A DNA stretch of 52,103 nt, counting the filler, from Sphacelaria rigidula (taxonomy: Eukaryota), in the NCBI GenBank assembly GCA_964200075.2. It is 3 parts of 3 records of this genome, joined end to end, with 100 filler letters (N's around TTAATTAATTAA, not from the genome) between each part and the next. Parts side by side here need not be neighbours in the genome. Positions count along the whole stretch, not along the records: positions 34,810 to 52,103 come from CAXNAA020001116.1; 2 more parts are not named here. The stretch is one strand, 5' to 3'. Below, piece after piece: positions 49,481 through 52,103 of this stretch. Positions within the stretch are counted from its first letter, which is position 1. The number at the start of each line of letters is the position of its first letter. Below the pieces are notes generated by a model. That model saw nothing but the letters and a program-made list of their open reading frames with translations. It made no database searches and was not told where the DNA came from. Both the position numbers and the translations under genes were made by a program.

Positions 49481-50396
49481 TGAGCTTGCTGCTAGACGAT
49501 TATTTCTTTCAAAATCCTGTTTCCAACGTGGACGAGCTTATGTCTGTCCGGTATAAGTTAGGACTCATCTTAGAGCGTGTCTCACCACGCTTTTTCCGAT
49601 AAAAAAAGTGCGGTCGAATTTTTTATGCCAATCTGATAGGTGCACGGCATTTATGTTTCCTGAAGGCTTCAACTCAGAATTATAATTAGCGGCGCGCGGA
49701 GAAAACTTTCCGACACGAGAAATAATCACTTTCGATATAAAACATGCGATCAAAAGGCTCGAAGCGGCACTTGACTTCCATCTTACAGACCACCACGCCA
49801 GACAACACCTGTTCACAGGACCATGCAAACTCCATCCAACTCATTCTCAGCTACCACCGCAACCCTACGAACAGCATAGAGCACGAGTTGAGCCCAGGGA
49901 TGACTGCACTGCGGTTGTTGGATATGCTTTTTTTCATTTTTTGTTGGCGAAAACTTGCGCATCTTCTTGCATGGTAAGATCAGCGACGGAACTGCGTGGT
50001 ACGGTGGGCAATCGAGTTGCGTGCACGCTCATGGACAGTGCAGGCGGTACAAAGTTGCACGTTGCTGGAGTCATTTTCACGTCGCTTTGTTGGCAGGGAG
50101 AACTGATAGTCCTGGGCTGTCTGCACTGCACGTTGCCCGCTTCGCTTGTATATCCTCCTGTACGAGACACGCACACGCGCACTCAAGGCACCGCTTGCAA
50201 GCAGTGCAGACAGCACAGACTGTCTGTACTGTACACGAGTGACCGTGTACCGTTACACGAATTTCACTGTCTTTTTTCGATCGAAAGCTTGAAAATCCAT
50301 CTGGGCCCAACTACATTAAAACGAGAAAAAATCGCTTAGAGTGATTCCACTGCCCCATTTTTTCGATCGATGAAATGAAAAAAATCAAGACACGCC

Positions 50397-50927
50397 CTCA
50401 GCACATTTTGTTTCGATCGAAAATGTGCGGTGGAAAAGGAAAACTCGGATCTGATAGGTCGTGATTTCAACCATCGTCGTTTCATTTAAGGATGGTTGAA
50501 ATCACGACCTATCAGATCGAGATTTTTGTTTCTCACCGCACTTTTTCGATCGAAAAATGATGTGTTAAGAGACGGACGGCCTTACCGACAAGAAGAAAAA
50601 AGCGAAGAGCAAAGCAAGCGTCGAAAACAGCATGTTGATTGGTCGCCGAAACCAGGGCGGCGGAACTCTGGTTGCGGCGACCAATCAACATGTTTTTTTT
50701 TCGACGCTCGCCTTACTCTTTGCTTTTCTTATTTTTCTGCCTCGTGGCGATACGCCCTCAGGCGGTGTCCTATTGAGACCAAACAAAGAAGCACGAAGAG
50801 GAACAAGCGTCCAAAGCGGCATCTTGATTGCTCGTCGGGTGGGTCTATGGTTGCGGCGACCAATCAACGTGCTCCTTTCGAACGCTTGTTCCCTTTCACG
50901 CTTCTTTTTTGGTCTCGATGAAGACAC
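50397..50927. repeat. Array of three abutting long inverted repeats (hairpins)
   Basis: H1 has a perfect 28-bp core, 50448-50475 versus 50491-50518. H2 has a 23/24 core, 50631-50654 versus 50669-50692. H3 is imperfect across 50765-50927. Confidence 0.9.
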
Positions 50928-52103
50928 GGGCTTCTACGGTATTCTTTTTGGCGCGATTGGCCACCCCCGATCTCAGAGAACGTTCCCAGAAAAAGGCTCA
51001 TGAAGGAAAGCTTTCAGAAGAAATATCTGTAAAAAAACCCGAACTTGTCCAAAGATTTTTTTGTGGATCATAAGAAGCGGCCGTAGAGTCTTTATTTACC
51101 CTTTTGGGACCGGGCCTCCCGAACGACGAAAGAGGCTGGTTAGGAATTACGTGTTTTGCGTCTGCACGAAACAATGGCTTCATGTTGCTGAAAAATCCAC
51201 GTACGTAACCGCAGGACTAGGAGGAAGACCGGAAGACCGGAAGACCGAAAGTTTAATCCAATTTATTCTCAGGTGCAGGTACAAACTGTAAATCGGGTGG
51301 GGTGCGCATGAGGTAATTTACAGATGTAACAAGCAGTATGGGTCGCCATAGGGAGCTTTCAACAGGATGTGGCGACCGGCGGGCCGCCCGCCTTTGGATG
51401 ATATTATTGTCCCTATCACTTTGCCACACAGCCCTTTGTGGTCGGGGTGGGCCGCGACTTCCCTATTTGTTGCAAGCAGCAAGTTCTCTTCCAGGGGCAT
51501 GGGCATTGCGGCGCACATACAGTGCAGTACGACTCTTAGACTGCAGCAGCAGCTGCCGCTGCGTACTCCCTTACACGTCTGGGCAGTTCTCAGCTACGGA
51601 GATCAGCTGTCTATACACAGCTTGTTCGTCCCCGCCCCCTACATACATGTTTACCCCACACTGCAAGGCATGGGCAGAGGGATAGGTAAACCTCATAACT
51701 ACAGCTATTTCTATCGTTTCACGGCCCAGCTGAGTTTAGTGCCCTCGTGAAAATGACCACAATGTGGCATGTACGCTTTCTTTCGACTTTTCCCCCCAAG
51801 CATGTGTTTGTGCAATGAAGACGTTTTAGTATAGATTGGCGACCCAAAAAACACCCGGGAAGTCACGGAAGCGCTATACTGAATGTAAGTAAAATGATAA
51901 ATCCTCCTCCGACCATCCGAGCTTTGGATACCTGGGAAGGCGTTTTATCTACGCATGAAATGAATCATATGGAGATCGACGCCCTGCGATTGGTTCGTAG
52001 CTGCGATAGCCCCCGCCCCAGGACATCATCCCTCACCTCTAGACTCTTGGGTTGGCGTCGAGTGGCAACGGCGCTGTAAAAACAAGCCACCAAAACCTAG
52101 ACA

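Noticed and set aside
49051..49602. Cys-rich ORFs as metallothionein-like or secreted peptides
   Set aside because: They arise from tactg/ctgtg low-complexity repeats that are open in several frames.
48036..52079. Additional upstream exons or genes (ORFs at 48036-48368, 51318-51518, 51894-52079)
   Set aside because: I could not establish phase-consistent splicing or recognisable motifs. They may be real exons of the coiled-coil gene but are unsupported.

Overview
This is eukaryotic nuclear DNA, most likely from a brown alga or related stramenopile. That is an inference from the intron-rich GT-AG genes, roughly 50% GC, TTAGGG repeats and the repeat landscape. The window is not one locus. It is three contigs (1-17306, 17407-34709, 34810-52103; 17306, 17303 and 17294 bp) joined by artificial 100-nt N44-TTAATTAATTAA-N44 linkers, apparently in descending size order. 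Contig 1 holds the middle of a minus-strand THADA/Trm732-like gene (13 well-supported exons). Contig 2 holds the last three exons of a dynein heavy chain, a 720-aa five-qRRM hnRNP F/H / RBM12-like gene with an intron-free CDS, and, head-to-head with it, a complete 8-exon PIG-W/GWT1 gene with one GC-AG intron. Contig 3 holds at least 10 exons of an unidentified coiled-coil protein gene. Introns and intergenic DNA contain a tRNA-derived SINE (3 copies), CAAG...CTTG-bounded elements filled with tandem repeats, a LINE relic, interstitial telomeric repeats and three abutting long hairpins at 50.4-50.9 kb. I found no convincing novel multi-gene system. The best leads are the hairpin array, the SINE family, the satellite-filled MITE-like elements and the five-qRRM gene. 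All gene identities come from motif recall, not database searches.
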